This document shows, piece by piece, positions 10,209 through 20,504 of a stretch of DNA of 64,000 bases (position 1 is the first letter of the stretch; each line of letters opens with the position of its first letter). The position numbers and the translations under genes were made by a program. The notes beneath the pieces are model-generated. The model did not search any database. It was not told the DNA's origin and saw nothing but the letters and a program-made list of their open reading frames with translations. The stretch spans positions 8,686 through 72,685 of the forward strand of contig DATHNG010000165.1 of assembly GCA_035486275.1 (NCBI GenBank). The letters run 5' to 3'. The stretch comes from Bacteroidia bacterium. Its GTDB lineage: Bacteria > Bacteroidota > Bacteroidia > JABEUT01.

Positions 10209-11612
10209 ATGAAATTCAATACCGTCACCCCCGAAATGATATCCTTGCTGCATCAACTGGTTGGCAAGGAAAATGTGCTTTCGGATAGTGAATCGTTGAA
10301 GCATTACGGGCATGATGAAACAGAGGATCTGAGCTTTCTTCCGTCGGTTGTGGTTAAACCCCGCAAGGCAGAAGAGATATCAGAAATACTTAAAATTTGT
10401 AACAAAGAGAATATACCACTTACGCCGCGCGGCGCAGGTACAGGGCTTAGTGGCGGTGCATTGCCGGTGTTTGGCGGAATAGTTTTGTCGATGGAACGCT
10501 TTAATAAAATTCTGCAAATTGATGAACGTAATTTGCAGGCAACGGTTGAGCCGGGTGTTATAAACCAGGTGTTCCAGGAAACGGTAATGGAGAAGGGATT
10601 GTTTTATCCGCCCGACCCCGCAAGTAAGGGTAGTTGTTTTTTAGGTGGCAATGTTGCCGAACGTGCAGGCGGCCCGAAGGCTGTTAAATATGGCGTTACC
10701 AAAGATTATGTGTTGAACCTTGAAGTGGTATTGCCAACCGGAGAAATAATGTGGACAGGTGCGAATGTGCTGAAAAACTCTACGGGTTATAACCTCACAC
10801 AACTGCTTACAGGTAGCGAAGGAACACTGGGTATTATTACAAAAATTGTTTTCCGATTAATACCATTGCCGAAACATAACCTGCTAATGCTGGTGCCGTT
10901 CTTTTCAGCAATAAAGGCTTGTGAGGCAGTATCGGCCATATTCAGGGCAGGTATTACTCCGTCGGCATTAGAGTTTGTAGAGCGTGATGCAATTGATTGG
11001 GCGTTGAAATATGTTGAAGGAATATCCATACAGGTTAAAGATGAAATTCAGGCTCACCTGATCATTGAAGTAGATGGCAATGATGTTGATGTGTTAATGA
11101 AAGACTGTGAGAAGATAAGTGAAGTAGTTAGCCAGTTTGAATGTGATGAAATATTGTTTGCCGATTCTGCAGAGCAAAAAAATGCACTCTGGAAAATGCG
11201 CCGTAGTGTGGCTGAAGCCGTAAAGTCGCATTCGGTTTACAAGGAAGAAGATACAGTTGTGCCACGGGCTGAGCTTCCTCAATTACTTGCAGGGGTAAAG
11301 GCAATAGGAAAGAAATATGGTTTTAATTCAGTCTGCTATGGGCACGCTGGCGATGGTAACCTGCACGTGAATATTATAAAAGGCAATTTAACGGATGAGC
11401 AGTGGAACAATACCTTGCCTTCAGGCATACGCGAAATATTTCAGTTGTGTGTAAAATTAGGCGGTACACTATCCGGTGAGCATGGTATAGGATGGGTGCA
11501 GAAGGACTATATGGATATTGCTTTTACGGAGAAAGCAATTCAATTGCAAAAGGAAATTAAATTGGTTTTTGACCCGAAAGGAATTTTAAACCCCGGAAAG
11601 ATATGGCACTGA
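10209..11612 (+). CDS. FAD-linked oxidase (GlcD / D-lactate dehydrogenase family)
   Basis: FAD-binding PCMH-type region 'PRGAGTGLSGGALP' and C-terminal 'GTLSGEHGIGWVQKDYM...DPKGILNPGK'. ATG 10209 or 10188 are both possible. Confidence 0.88.
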   Translation: MKFNTVTPEMISLLHQLVGKENVLSDSESLKHYGHDETEDLSFLPSVVVKPRKAEEISEILKICNKENIPLTPRGAGTGLSGGALPVFGGIVLSMERFNKILQIDERNLQATVEPGVINQVFQETVMEKGLFYPPDPASKGSCFLGGNVAERAGGPKAVKYGVTKDYVLNLEVVLPTGEIMWTGANVLKNSTGYNLTQLLTGSEGTLGIITKIVFRLIPLPKHNLLMLVPFFSAIKACEAVSAIFRAGITPSALEFVERDAIDWALKYVEGISIQVKDEIQAHLIIEVDGNDVDVLMKDCEKISEVVSQFECDEILFADSAEQKNALWKMRRSVAEAVKSHSVYKEEDTVVPRAELPQLLAGVKAIGKKYGFNSVCYGHAGDGNLHVNIIKGNLTDEQWNNTLPSGIREIFQLCVKLGGTLSGEHGIGWVQKDYMDIAFTEKAIQLQKEIKLVFDPKGILNPGKIWH

Positions 11613-12208
11613 ATGAGAATTTTAAATCGCAGGTGGTCAAGAATTTTCTTGGACACATGGTGCAGGGCTTGCTTGTTATAACGCCTGTGGTCATTACCGT
11701 GTATGCAGTGTATAAAATTGTTACATACGTCGGTTCAGCGTTTGGATGGATACATCATATTGTTCACCCTCTTTTAGACCCGTTTATAATACTCGCTGCA
11801 ATGGTTGTTATCGTTTATGTTGTAGGCAGAGTATCGGCATCATTTCTGTTTACACCTATGTACGACAGGTTTGAAAAAGACATTGAAAAGGTCCCCCTAA
11901 TCCGTGTTATTTATTCCTCGGTAAAAGATATGATGTCAGCATTTGTAGGCAGTAAACGTAAATTTAACCGCCCGGTTTTAGTTACCATAGACAGAATAAA
12001 TGACATAAAGCAAATTGGTTTTATTACCCAGGAAGACCTCACTACTATGTCCATTGCTAAAGAATATACTGCCGTATATATGCCGTTCTCGTACGGGTTA
12101 TCGGGCAAGTTGTTAATAGTGAAAAAAGAAAATATTGAACCATTGGATGCAACTTCGGCAGAAGCTATGAAGTTTGTAGTATCGGGTGGTGTAACTCATG
12201 TAGATTAA
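11603..12208 (+). CDS. DUF502-like membrane protein
   Basis: Two N-terminal TM helices and a conserved-looking C-terminal domain. The start overlaps the glcD-like stop by 10 nt. Confidence 0.5.
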   Translation: MALNENFKSQVVKNFLGHMVQGLLVITPVVITVYAVYKIVTYVGSAFGWIHHIVHPLLDPFIILAAMVVIVYVVGRVSASFLFTPMYDRFEKDIEKVPLIRVIYSSVKDMMSAFVGSKRKFNRPVLVTIDRINDIKQIGFITQEDLTTMSIAKEYTAVYMPFSYGLSGKLLIVKKENIEPLDATSAEAMKFVVSGGVTHVD

Positions 12209-12215
12209 ATAATTC

Positions 12216-13874
12216 ATGCTAGGCAATTCGAATAAAAGCCCGCTTATTTCTTCCGTACTTGTAATTGTAGGCGCTGTATTGTTCCTGCCTTTTTTGGGTA
12301 AGGTTCATTTGTTCGATTGGGATGAAATAAACTTTGCTGAATGTGCCCGCGAAATGGTGGCTGCAAAACAATATTTTTTAGTTACCATAAACTATTTGCC
12401 TTTCTGGGAAAAGCCACCGCTTTTTATCTGGATGCAGGCGCTGAGCATGAAGCTATTTGGCGTGAGCGATTATGCCGCACGCCTTCCAAATGCAATCTGC
12501 GGAATTATAACCATGCTGGTATTATTCAGGATCGGTACCATATATAAAGACAAGCGTTTCGGGCTCTTATGGGTATTGGCATACATTGGTTCAATGTTAC
12601 CACATTTTTATTTTAAAACCGGCATAATTGACCCATGGTTTAATCTTTTTATTTTCTCGGGTTTCTATTTCTTCACCCGTTTTCAAATGCACAAAAAAAG
12701 CATTTTGGCGGGGCGGAATAATTTTCTTTACCTCTCTGCTTTTTGCATTGGCCTTGCTATGTTAACCAAAGGGCCGGTGGCATTCCTGGTGTTTTCAATT
12801 TCAGTTATTATATATTGGTTTGCAGAAAAGAGAAGGGAAATACTTAGTCCATCTCAAACAATTCTTTACTTAATTGTTGTATCTGCCGCCGGTGGTATAT
12901 GGTTTGCAATGGAAGCAATGACAGGCCATTGGGGCACAATAGTGCAGTTCTTTCAATACCAGGTCAGGTTATTCAATACGCAGGATTCAGGCCATGGTGG
13001 CCCATTTTATTATCACTTTATTGTGTTGCTTATCGGTTGCTTCCCGGCTTCAATATTTGCCATCAGGGGAATGATGATAAAGCCGGACGATGAAAAAATG
13101 AAAGAGGCAACCAAACTGATGAAGATTTTATTCTGGGTTGTTTTAATACTGTTCTCTATCGTAAAAACAAAAATTCTGCATTACTCATCCTTATGTTATT
13201 ATCCGCTTACTTTCTTTGCTGCGCTTGCGCTTTATGAGATATGGGAAAGCGCTGCCACATGGAAAAAATGGATGGGTTGGAGCATCGGTATTTTGGGTGG
13301 TATTTTAGGAATTGCACTTGCATTGTTGCCTGTTGCGGGTATGAATAAAGAAGCAATCATTCCATTGATAAAAGATCCCTTTGCAGTTGCAAATATGTCA
13401 GCCGATGTTACATGGACATACTCGCAGGGAATAGTTGGGTTTGTATTGCTGGGGTCGGTTATAAGCGGCTTAATATTTATTAAACGGGGTAACCATATTA
13501 AAGGCGCTATTACCTTTTTTATCGGTACGCTTATTACAACAAATATGGCTTTATTCCTTATTGCACCGAATATTGAACAAATTACCCAGGAATCTGCCAT
13601 TCAGTTCTACCAGGGATTAAAAGGAAAAGATGTGTATGTCACCACTATTGATTATAAGAGCTATGCCCAGTATTTTTATGCTGATATACAGCCCTGGAAA
13701 AACGTAAAGTGCACTGATAACGAATGGCTTTTAAAAGGCGACATTGATAAACCTACCTACTTTGTATGTAAGATAAATCAGGCTGAAGAAACCCAGAAAG
13801 AATACCCACAGTTGCAGGTGTTATACGGTAAAAATGGCTTTGTTTTCTTTAAGCGCAGTCCGGGGGCTCATTAA
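12216..13874 (+). CDS. Glycosyltransferase family 39 (ArnT/PMT-like, lipid-carrier dependent)
   Basis: 552 aa polytopic protein with a first-loop acidic motif 'FDWDEINFAECAREM'. Confidence 0.8.
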   Translation: MLGNSNKSPLISSVLVIVGAVLFLPFLGKVHLFDWDEINFAECAREMVAAKQYFLVTINYLPFWEKPPLFIWMQALSMKLFGVSDYAARLPNAICGIITMLVLFRIGTIYKDKRFGLLWVLAYIGSMLPHFYFKTGIIDPWFNLFIFSGFYFFTRFQMHKKSILAGRNNFLYLSAFCIGLAMLTKGPVAFLVFSISVIIYWFAEKRREILSPSQTILYLIVVSAAGGIWFAMEAMTGHWGTIVQFFQYQVRLFNTQDSGHGGPFYYHFIVLLIGCFPASIFAIRGMMIKPDDEKMKEATKLMKILFWVVLILFSIVKTKILHYSSLCYYPLTFFAALALYEIWESAATWKKWMGWSIGILGGILGIALALLPVAGMNKEAIIPLIKDPFAVANMSADVTWTYSQGIVGFVLLGSVISGLIFIKRGNHIKGAITFFIGTLITTNMALFLIAPNIEQITQESAIQFYQGLKGKDVYVTTIDYKSYAQYFYADIQPWKNVKCTDNEWLLKGDIDKPTYFVCKINQAEETQKEYPQLQVLYGKNGFVFFKRSPGAH

Positions 13875-13904
13875 TGGCTTAATATGCACGTATTGTTCTT
13901 TTGC

Positions 13905-13912
13905 TATTTTTG
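13905..13912 (+). promoter_or_regulatory. -7 box TATTTTTG upstream of rimK
   Basis: Perfect motif, 21 nt before ATG 13934. Confidence 0.4.
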
Positions 13913-13933
13913 TGAAAGTTAGCCCATATATAC

Positions 13934-14818
13934 ATGAAAATAGTTATTCTATCCCGAAGCCCTGAAGCCTATTCCACCAAGAGATTAGTTGAAGCCGGTA
14001 AAGTAAGGGGCCATGAAGTTTTAGTTGTCGATCACCTGAAATGTGTTCTTGTAATTGAACAAGGCCGTCCCCACATATATTATAAAGATGAAGAAGTAAA
14101 AGATGTAAATGCTGTAATACCACGTATTGGTGCATCGGTTACATTTTACGGTGCTGCAGTGGTAAGGCAGTTTGAAATGATGAAGATATTCAGCGCGGTT
14201 GAATCTCAGGCATTGGTACGTTCACGTGATAAATTGCGTTGCCTGCAGATACTCGCAAAATCAGGTATTGCTATACCTAAATCTGCATTTGTGTCTACAC
14301 CAAAACACGTTGAACACGTTATTAACCTGGTTGGCGGTGCACCCGTTGTTATTAAGTTATTAGAAGGAACACAGGGTATTGGTGTGATATTAGCAGAAAC
14401 GAAGAACTCTGCAAAATCGGTGGTAGAAGCATTTTTAGATGTAGAGGTAGATATATTGGTACAGGAATTTATAAAAGAAGCAGGTGGACAGGATGTGCGT
14501 GCATTTGTAGTGGATGGACAGGTAGTAGGTGCTATGAGACGTACAGGAGCGAAAGGCGATTTCAGGTCGAACCTGCACAGAGGCGGAACGGCTGAAGTAG
14601 TAAAGCTAAGTACAGTTGAAAAGAACCTTGCCATACGTGCAGCTAAATTAATGGGCCTTGGAGTTGCGGGTGTAGATATGTTGCCAACAGCAAAAGGGCT
14701 TGTAGTTAATGAAGTGAACTCTTCTCCGGGCCTTGAGGGCATTGAGAAAGCTACAGGTGTAGATATAGCAGGAAAGATTATAGAATACGTTGAAAGAAAC
14801 GAAGTCATCAGCGAATAG
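13934..14818 (+). CDS. rimK: RimK-family alpha-L-glutamate ligase (ATP-grasp)
   Basis: '[22 protein letters not shown]', '[14 protein letters not shown]', 'RSNLHRGG' and '[26 protein letters not shown]'. Confidence 0.88.
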   Translation: MKIVILSRSPEAYSTKRLVEAGKVRGHEVLVVDHLKCVLVIEQGRPHIYYKDEEVKDVNAVIPRIGASVTFYGAAVVRQFEMMKIFSAVESQALVRSRDKLRCLQILAKSGIAIPKSAFVSTPKHVEHVINLVGGAPVVIKLLEGTQGIGVILAETKNSAKSVVEAFLDVEVDILVQEFIKEAGGQDVRAFVVDGQVVGAMRRTGAKGDFRSNLHRGGTAEVVKLSTVEKNLAIRAAKLMGLGVAGVDMLPTAKGLVVNEVNSSPGLEGIEKATGVDIAGKIIEYVERNEVISE

Positions 14819-14831
14819 TTTCGCGAACAAT

Positions 14832-15719
14832 ATGCAGGAAAATGTAATGGAGATCCTCCATCCAACTCACTTCAAAGATTACGAACTTATTGACTGTGGC
14901 GACTTCCAGAAACTGGAACGCTTCGGTGAATATATAACCATTCGTCCTGAGCCGCAAGCCGTGTGGAGCAGGGCCATGAAAAACAGTGAATGGGAAAGAT
15001 TGGCGCATGTTCGCTTTGAACAGAACGCAAGTTATGCAGGCGCATGGAAGAAACTGAAAGACATGCCTGACGGATGGGAAATAGGCTATGATCTGCCGAA
15101 TGGTCCAAGGCTGAATTTTCATTTATCATTAACGCAATTCAAGCACGTGGGTATATTTCCTGAACAGGCGGTTCACTGGAATTATATATATGAAAAGATA
15201 AGTGCTATGAAATTGAACCAACCTAAATTCCTGAACTTGTTTGCATATACGGGTGGTGCATCATTAGCTGCCAAGGCAGCAGGAGCAGATGTTATTCACC
15301 TTGATTCTATAAAGCAGGTTGTAACCTGGGCAAGGCAAAATATGGAGTCATCGAACCTGAATAATATACGTTGGATGGTAGAAGATGCAATGAAATTTGT
15401 GAGAAGAGAATTGAAACGAGGTACAAAGTACAATGGAATAATTCTTGACCCACCTGCTTATGGCCATGGGCCAAACAGGGAACAATGGAAATTAGAGGAG
15501 AATATTAATGAAATGGTTCGCAGTGTGTTAGAATTGATGGATAATGAAAAACACATACTGATATTGAACACATATTCGCTGGGTTTTTCGTCGCTTATAC
15601 TAGAGAATTTACTGGCAAAAAGGAAGAATGATTTGAAATATGGTGAATTATACCTTCAGGCAACCTCTGGTTATAAATTGCCGCTTGGCGTGTTTGGTAA
15701 GGTTTACAAGGGTGTTTAA
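14832..15719 (+). CDS. Class I SAM-dependent methyltransferase (RlmI/RlmK-like)
   Basis: 'LNLFAYTGGASLAAKAAGA', 'IILDPPAYG'. ATG 14832 avoids the overlap with rimK that the track start (14790) creates. Confidence 0.75.
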   Translation: MQENVMEILHPTHFKDYELIDCGDFQKLERFGEYITIRPEPQAVWSRAMKNSEWERLAHVRFEQNASYAGAWKKLKDMPDGWEIGYDLPNGPRLNFHLSLTQFKHVGIFPEQAVHWNYIYEKISAMKLNQPKFLNLFAYTGGASLAAKAAGADVIHLDSIKQVVTWARQNMESSNLNNIRWMVEDAMKFVRRELKRGTKYNGIILDPPAYGHGPNREQWKLEENINEMVRSVLELMDNEKHILILNTYSLGFSSLILENLLAKRKNDLKYGELYLQATSGYKLPLGVFGKVYKGV

Positions 15720-15735
15720 GCACCCCTGTTTTTTA
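15710..15735 (+). terminator. Weak terminator after methyltransferase gene
   Basis: gggtg-tttaag-caccc followed by ctgtttttt. The stem overlaps the stop codon. Confidence 0.35.
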
Positions 15736-15814
15736 ATAAAGTTTGCTTTTTCGAAAATATCTGCTGAGTTTTGCACGCTCAATTTTATAGAATAGGTATC
15801 TCTTAATTATACGC

Positions 15815-18148
15815 ATGGCAAAAAATTTACTCATAGTAGAGTCGCCCGCAAAGGCTAAGACAATAGAGAAATACTTAGGTAAAGAGTTTACCGTAAAGTC
15901 GAGCATAGGGCACATTTGCGACTTACCTGAAAAGGGTTTGGGTATAGATATTAAAAACAACTTTACACCTGAGTATGTTGTTTCAACCGATAAAAAGAAA
16001 GTAGTAGCGGAACTTAAAAAGCTTGCCAAGTCTGCTGACATGGTTTGGTTAGCGACTGATGAGGACCGTGAAGGAGAAGCTATTGCATGGCATTTGTTCA
16101 ATGAACTTGGTTTAAAGGAAAGTAAAACCAAGCGCGTTGTATATCATGAAATTACCAAGTCAGCAATTGAAAAGGCTATTCAGAACCCGCGAGAGATTAA
16201 TAAAGATCTTGTTGATGCCCAGCAAGCCCGTCGTATATTAGACAGGTTAGTAGGCTATGAGCTTTCACCTATATTATGGAGAAAGATCAAGCCATCGCTT
16301 TCAGCAGGCAGGGTACAATCGGTTGCGGTACGAATAATTGTAGAACGTGAAAGAGAAATAAATGCCTATGGCGTAACATCATTCTTTAAAGTAGTAGGCT
16401 ACTTTTCAGCTAACGGTGTAAGCTTTAAAGCAGAACTCGATAAGAAATTTAATACGGAAGCAGAGGCAAATGATTTTCTGAAAAAGATCAGTAATGCTGA
16501 ATTTTCTGTAAAGAACCAGGAAAAAAAACCATCTAAGCGTACACCTTCAGCTCCTTTTATTACATCAACATTACAACAGGAAGCAAGCAGGAAACTAGGC
16601 TTCTCACTTTTGCAAACCATGCGTGTAGCGCAGATATTGTATGAAAAGGGAGATATAACCTATATGCGTACTGACTCTGTGAACCTTTCGCAGGTAGCTA
16701 TTGATGCAGCTAAAGCGGAAATAATAAAATTGTACGGAGAAAAATATGCTGAAACACGTCAGTTTAAAACAAAGTCAGCTTCAGCACAGGAGGCCCACGA
16801 AGCAATACGGCCTACAAACTTTGCCAACAAAGAAATAGATTCGGAAGAAAGCAACGAAAAACGGTTGTACGAACTGATATGGAAACGTACCGTTGCATCG
16901 CAAATGGCTGATGCAGAAATTGAGAAAACTGTATTGACGATCGGAAACAATTCAGTAGAAAATAATTTTATTGCAACCGGTGAAGTAATTAAGTTCGATG
17001 GATTTCTGAAAGTATATATCGAATCGGACGACGAAAAAGAAGAAGAAGAAGAAACCGAAGGCCAGTTGCCTATGGTTAAGGTTAGCGATAAAGTAAATCT
17101 ATCGCACGTTGATGCGGTACAACGATTCACCCAACCACCTTCACGTTTTACGGAAGCAAGCTTGGTTAAGAAGTTAGAAGGTTTGGGTATCGGACGTCCG
17201 TCAACCTACGCGCCAACCATTTCTACCGTTCAAAAGAGAGGATATGTTGTAAAGGAATCACGTGAAGGAACCGAAAGAAAATATAATGTACTTACCTTAA
17301 AGAACGGCGCCATAAGTTCAGTTACTAAAACTGAAATTACCGGTGCAGATAAGGCTAAATTATTTCCGACCGACGTAGGTATGGTGGTAAATGATTTCCT
17401 TGTAAGCCACTTTGGAGAAATATTAGATTTTAATTTTACTGCACAGGTTGAAGAACAGTTCGATATAGTTGCAGATGGTAAACTGACTTGGACAAAAATG
17501 CTTAAGAATTTTTACAAGCCATTCCATGATACAGTTGAAAAAACAACTGCTGTTAAAGAAAGAGCATCGGGAGAAAGGCTATTAGGACAAGAACCTGCAA
17601 CAGGTAAAAATGTATTTGTAAAGATTGGCCGATACGGACCAATGGTTCAGATAGGTGATACAGAATCGGAAGAGAAGCCTCGCTTTGCAAAACTCAGAGC
17701 GGAACAACGTCTTGAATCAATGACCTTGGAGCAAGCACTTGAGTTATTCAGGTTGCCAAGAAAATCGGGTGTGTACGAAGAGAAAGATATGGATGTTGCT
17801 ATTGGCAGGTTTGGTCCATATATCAGGCACGATGGAAAATTTTATTCTTTACCAAAGGAAGATGATCCGTATACAGTGAATGAAGCAAGGTCAATTGAAG
17901 TAATTGAAGACAAGCGCAAGAAGGAAAGAGAAAAAGTTATTCAGATAATAAAGCGCGATCCTGAACCTGAGATACAGGTATTGAATGGCCGGTACGGCCC
18001 ATACATACAATCGGACAAAGAGATATTTAAAATACCAAAGGATAAGGAACCTGCAAAGCTTACACTTGAAGATTGCGTTGCTATTATAGCAGCAGACAAA
18101 GCAAGCGGAAAGAAGAAAAGGAGATTTATTCCACGCAAAAAATCCTAA
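15815..18148 (+). CDS. topA: DNA topoisomerase I
   Basis: Toprim 'LLIVESPAKAKTIEKYLG' and 'TDEDREGEAIAWH', catalytic region 'ITYMRTDS', C-terminal 'GRYGPY/GRFGPY' repeats. Confidence 0.97.
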   Translation: MAKNLLIVESPAKAKTIEKYLGKEFTVKSSIGHICDLPEKGLGIDIKNNFTPEYVVSTDKKKVVAELKKLAKSADMVWLATDEDREGEAIAWHLFNELGLKESKTKRVVYHEITKSAIEKAIQNPREINKDLVDAQQARRILDRLVGYELSPILWRKIKPSLSAGRVQSVAVRIIVEREREINAYGVTSFFKVVGYFSANGVSFKAELDKKFNTEAEANDFLKKISNAEFSVKNQEKKPSKRTPSAPFITSTLQQEASRKLGFSLLQTMRVAQILYEKGDITYMRTDSVNLSQVAIDAAKAEIIKLYGEKYAETRQFKTKSASAQEAHEAIRPTNFANKEIDSEESNEKRLYELIWKRTVASQMADAEIEKTVLTIGNNSVENNFIATGEVIKFDGFLKVYIESDDEKEEEEETEGQLPMVKVSDKVNLSHVDAVQRFTQPPSRFTEASLVKKLEGLGIGRPSTYAPTISTVQKRGYVVKESREGTERKYNVLTLKNGAISSVTKTEITGADKAKLFPTDVGMVVNDFLVSHFGEILDFNFTAQVEEQFDIVADGKLTWTKMLKNFYKPFHDTVEKTTAVKERASGERLLGQEPATGKNVFVKIGRYGPMVQIGDTESEEKPRFAKLRAEQRLESMTLEQALELFRLPRKSGVYEEKDMDVAIGRFGPYIRHDGKFYSLPKEDDPYTVNEARSIEVIEDKRKKEREKVIQIIKRDPEPEIQVLNGRYGPYIQSDKEIFKIPKDKEPAKLTLEDCVAIIAADKASGKKKRRFIPRKKS

Positions 18149-18163
18149 GCATAATTACCCTGC

Positions 18164-19318
18164 ATGGAAATTGAGCAATACCTTAAACCGGGCACAGTAA
18201 ATTCAGAATATGCTCCATTTATGTGGGGAAGCCATATTCGCAAAAATGTCACAAAGAATTTTCCTGATCTGGATGGCGTGCATATTGCCATTATTGGAGT
18301 AGGCGAGGCACGGAACTCAAATGGTAACGATGGTTGTGCAGCTGCACCTGATAAGGTGAGGGAGAATCTGTATAAACTTTCATATATTCAAAATGTGGTT
18401 GTTGCCGATCTGGGAAATATTGTTCCGGGTAATACGCCGAAGGATACTTACGTTGCATTGGAATTTGTTTGCGCTGAATTATTAGATAGAAAAATTATTC
18501 CGGTCATTATCGGTGGCAGCCAGGATCTCACCTATTCAATGTACACAGCGTATCAGCGTTTGCAACAAACCGTAAATATTGTTTGTGCTGATAGTAAAAT
18601 TGACCTTGGCGAAATTCACAGCGAATTAGATTCTGAAACATACATCAGTAAAATATTACAATACCAGCCAAGTTTGTTGTTCAACTATAGCCACATCGGG
18701 TACCAAACCCATTTTGTAAATCCTGAAGAAGTTGAAACGATAAAGAAAATGTTTTTCGATACATATCGCTTAGGGCAAATACAAACTAACCTTGAAGAAG
18801 CGGAACCAATTGTTCGTAATGCCGATATATTAAGCTTTGATATTTCTGCTATTCGTAAGTCCGATGCTCCCGGAACTTTACACGCTACACCTAACGGCTT
18901 GTATGGCGAAGAGGCTTGCCAGATATTCAGATACGCAGGGATGAGCGATAAATTATCATCTATCGGAATTTTTGAAGTTAATCCATTGTTTGATGACAGG
19001 GAGCAAACATCAGCTTTAGCTGCGCAAATGATTTGGTATTTCATGGATGGATTTGCGAACAGGAAGAGCGACTTTCCGGGTACTGAGAAAAAAGATTACC
19101 TGAAGTATAGGGTAACTATGAAATCGGGCGATCATGAAATAGTATTTTATAAAAGCACCAAAACTGACCGCTGGTGGATGGAAGTACCATACAGAGTGGG
19201 GGCAAAATCGAAATATGAACGTCATCACATGGTTCCGTGTTCGTATGAAGATTACGAACTGGCTTGTACTGAGGAAATGCCGGATAGATGGTGGCAGGCT
19301 TACCAGAAACTCAGCTAA
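18164..19318 (+). CDS. Arginase/formimidoylglutamase-fold protein, possibly with degenerate metal site
   Basis: Fold-level similarity by eye to HutG/arginase: 'IIGGSQD' vs GGxH, 'ADSKID' vs DAHxD, 'SFDISAIRKSDAPG' vs SxDxDxxDPxxAPG, 'FEVNP'. Confidence 0.6.
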   Translation: MEIEQYLKPGTVNSEYAPFMWGSHIRKNVTKNFPDLDGVHIAIIGVGEARNSNGNDGCAAAPDKVRENLYKLSYIQNVVVADLGNIVPGNTPKDTYVALEFVCAELLDRKIIPVIIGGSQDLTYSMYTAYQRLQQTVNIVCADSKIDLGEIHSELDSETYISKILQYQPSLLFNYSHIGYQTHFVNPEEVETIKKMFFDTYRLGQIQTNLEEAEPIVRNADILSFDISAIRKSDAPGTLHATPNGLYGEEACQIFRYAGMSDKLSSIGIFEVNPLFDDREQTSALAAQMIWYFMDGFANRKSDFPGTEKKDYLKYRVTMKSGDHEIVFYKSTKTDRWWMEVPYRVGAKSKYERHHMVPCSYEDYELACTEEMPDRWWQAYQKLS

Positions 19319-19451
19319 TGGTTAAACATCTGATTATCAGTTATATTAACCTGTAGACCCAAAAATATTTGGTTATTATTTGGAAAATGATTAGTTTAGC
19401 ATTCTCTTTCTGAGTGGAAGAGGGGTAGTTTTTTAACTTAATTTGTGAACT

Positions 19452-20393
19452 ATGAAGAAGATAATTACATCAGTAATACTAGTGGGAATGGGCTTGCTAG
19501 CTCACGCGCAGCAAGATGCGCAGTTCAGCCAAAACTTTTTTACAAAGTTAAATACTAACCCGGCTTATGCAGGAACAAGTAACGCATATTGCGCGAGTCT
19601 TGACTATAGAGATCAATGGGTAGGGTTCCCGGGCGATCCTAAAACAATTGCTTTTAATGGCGATGCCTGGTTGCCAATGATAGGTGGAGGTGCAGGATTA
19701 ACAGCATATTCAGACGCATTGGGTTTTGAAAACACATTAGAAATTAAATTGTCTTATTCATATCATATCGTTTTGGGCCCTGGTATATTAGGCATTGGTC
19801 CATCAATTGGTTTCTTCCAGAAATCGTTGAATGGCGCATGGATGAGTCCAGATGGTAAAGGTGGACCTAGTAACCCCATAACGGATCCACTTATTCCAGT
19901 AGGTGGTAACTCAGTTACTACATACGATGTTGGTTTAGGTATTTATTACGCTACTCCACAAGGTTTATATGTTGGTATTTCATCTTCTCACTTACCGGAA
20001 CAAACATTAAAAGGTTCATACCAGCAATACCAGTATGATGTTGCCCGTCACTACTATGTAATGGCTGGTTATGTTTACAATGCAAGCGCTACCTGGGATA
20101 TCATTCCTGATGTGTATGTTGAATCAGATGCATCTTCAACCCAGTTTCAGTTGAATGTTCGCGCCAGGTACAATAAAACCATTGATTTTGGCGTTGGTTA
20201 TAGAATGAATGACGCTTTTGTAGGTTTGGTTGGATACCAATACAAAAACTTCGAATTTGGTTATTCATATGATTTTACTACATCTGACATACATTCTTAT
20301 AGTAGTGGTGCTCACGAATTGGCAATTAAGTATTGCTTCATTCCAAAGCCACCTTCCAAAACAGAATATCATCAAAATCCGAGGTTCCTATAA
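19452..20393 (+). CDS. porP: T9SS membrane protein PorP/SprF family
   Basis: 'AQQDAQFSQNFFTKLNTNPAYAG' N-terminal signature, beta-barrel pattern, and position directly upstream of gldK. Confidence 0.9.
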   Translation: MKKIITSVILVGMGLLAHAQQDAQFSQNFFTKLNTNPAYAGTSNAYCASLDYRDQWVGFPGDPKTIAFNGDAWLPMIGGGAGLTAYSDALGFENTLEIKLSYSYHIVLGPGILGIGPSIGFFQKSLNGAWMSPDGKGGPSNPITDPLIPVGGNSVTTYDVGLGIYYATPQGLYVGISSSHLPEQTLKGSYQQYQYDVARHYYVMAGYVYNASATWDIIPDVYVESDASSTQFQLNVRARYNKTIDFGVGYRMNDAFVGLVGYQYKNFEFGYSYDFTTSDIHSYSSGAHELAIKYCFIPKPPSKTEYHQNPRFL

Positions 20394-20504
20394 TATAGTA
20401 TGAAAATTATATTTGTAACTATTAATTATAATTAACGTAAGAAGATTTTCACGCTATTTTAGAATGGTTTTAAGTATGCTTAATTTATTAAATCTGAGGT
20501 TAAT

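Noticed and set aside
14206-14865. 219-aa ORF antisense to rimK
   Set aside because: It lies entirely inside a well-supported gene on the other strand. The Ser/Thr/Pro/Ala-rich low-complexity translation is typical of a shadow frame, and it has no promoter box or family resemblance.
17039-17053. (GAA)5 microsatellite in topA
   Set aside because: It encodes an acidic linker (EEEEE) between topoisomerase domains. It is short, in frame and unlikely to be functionally variable.
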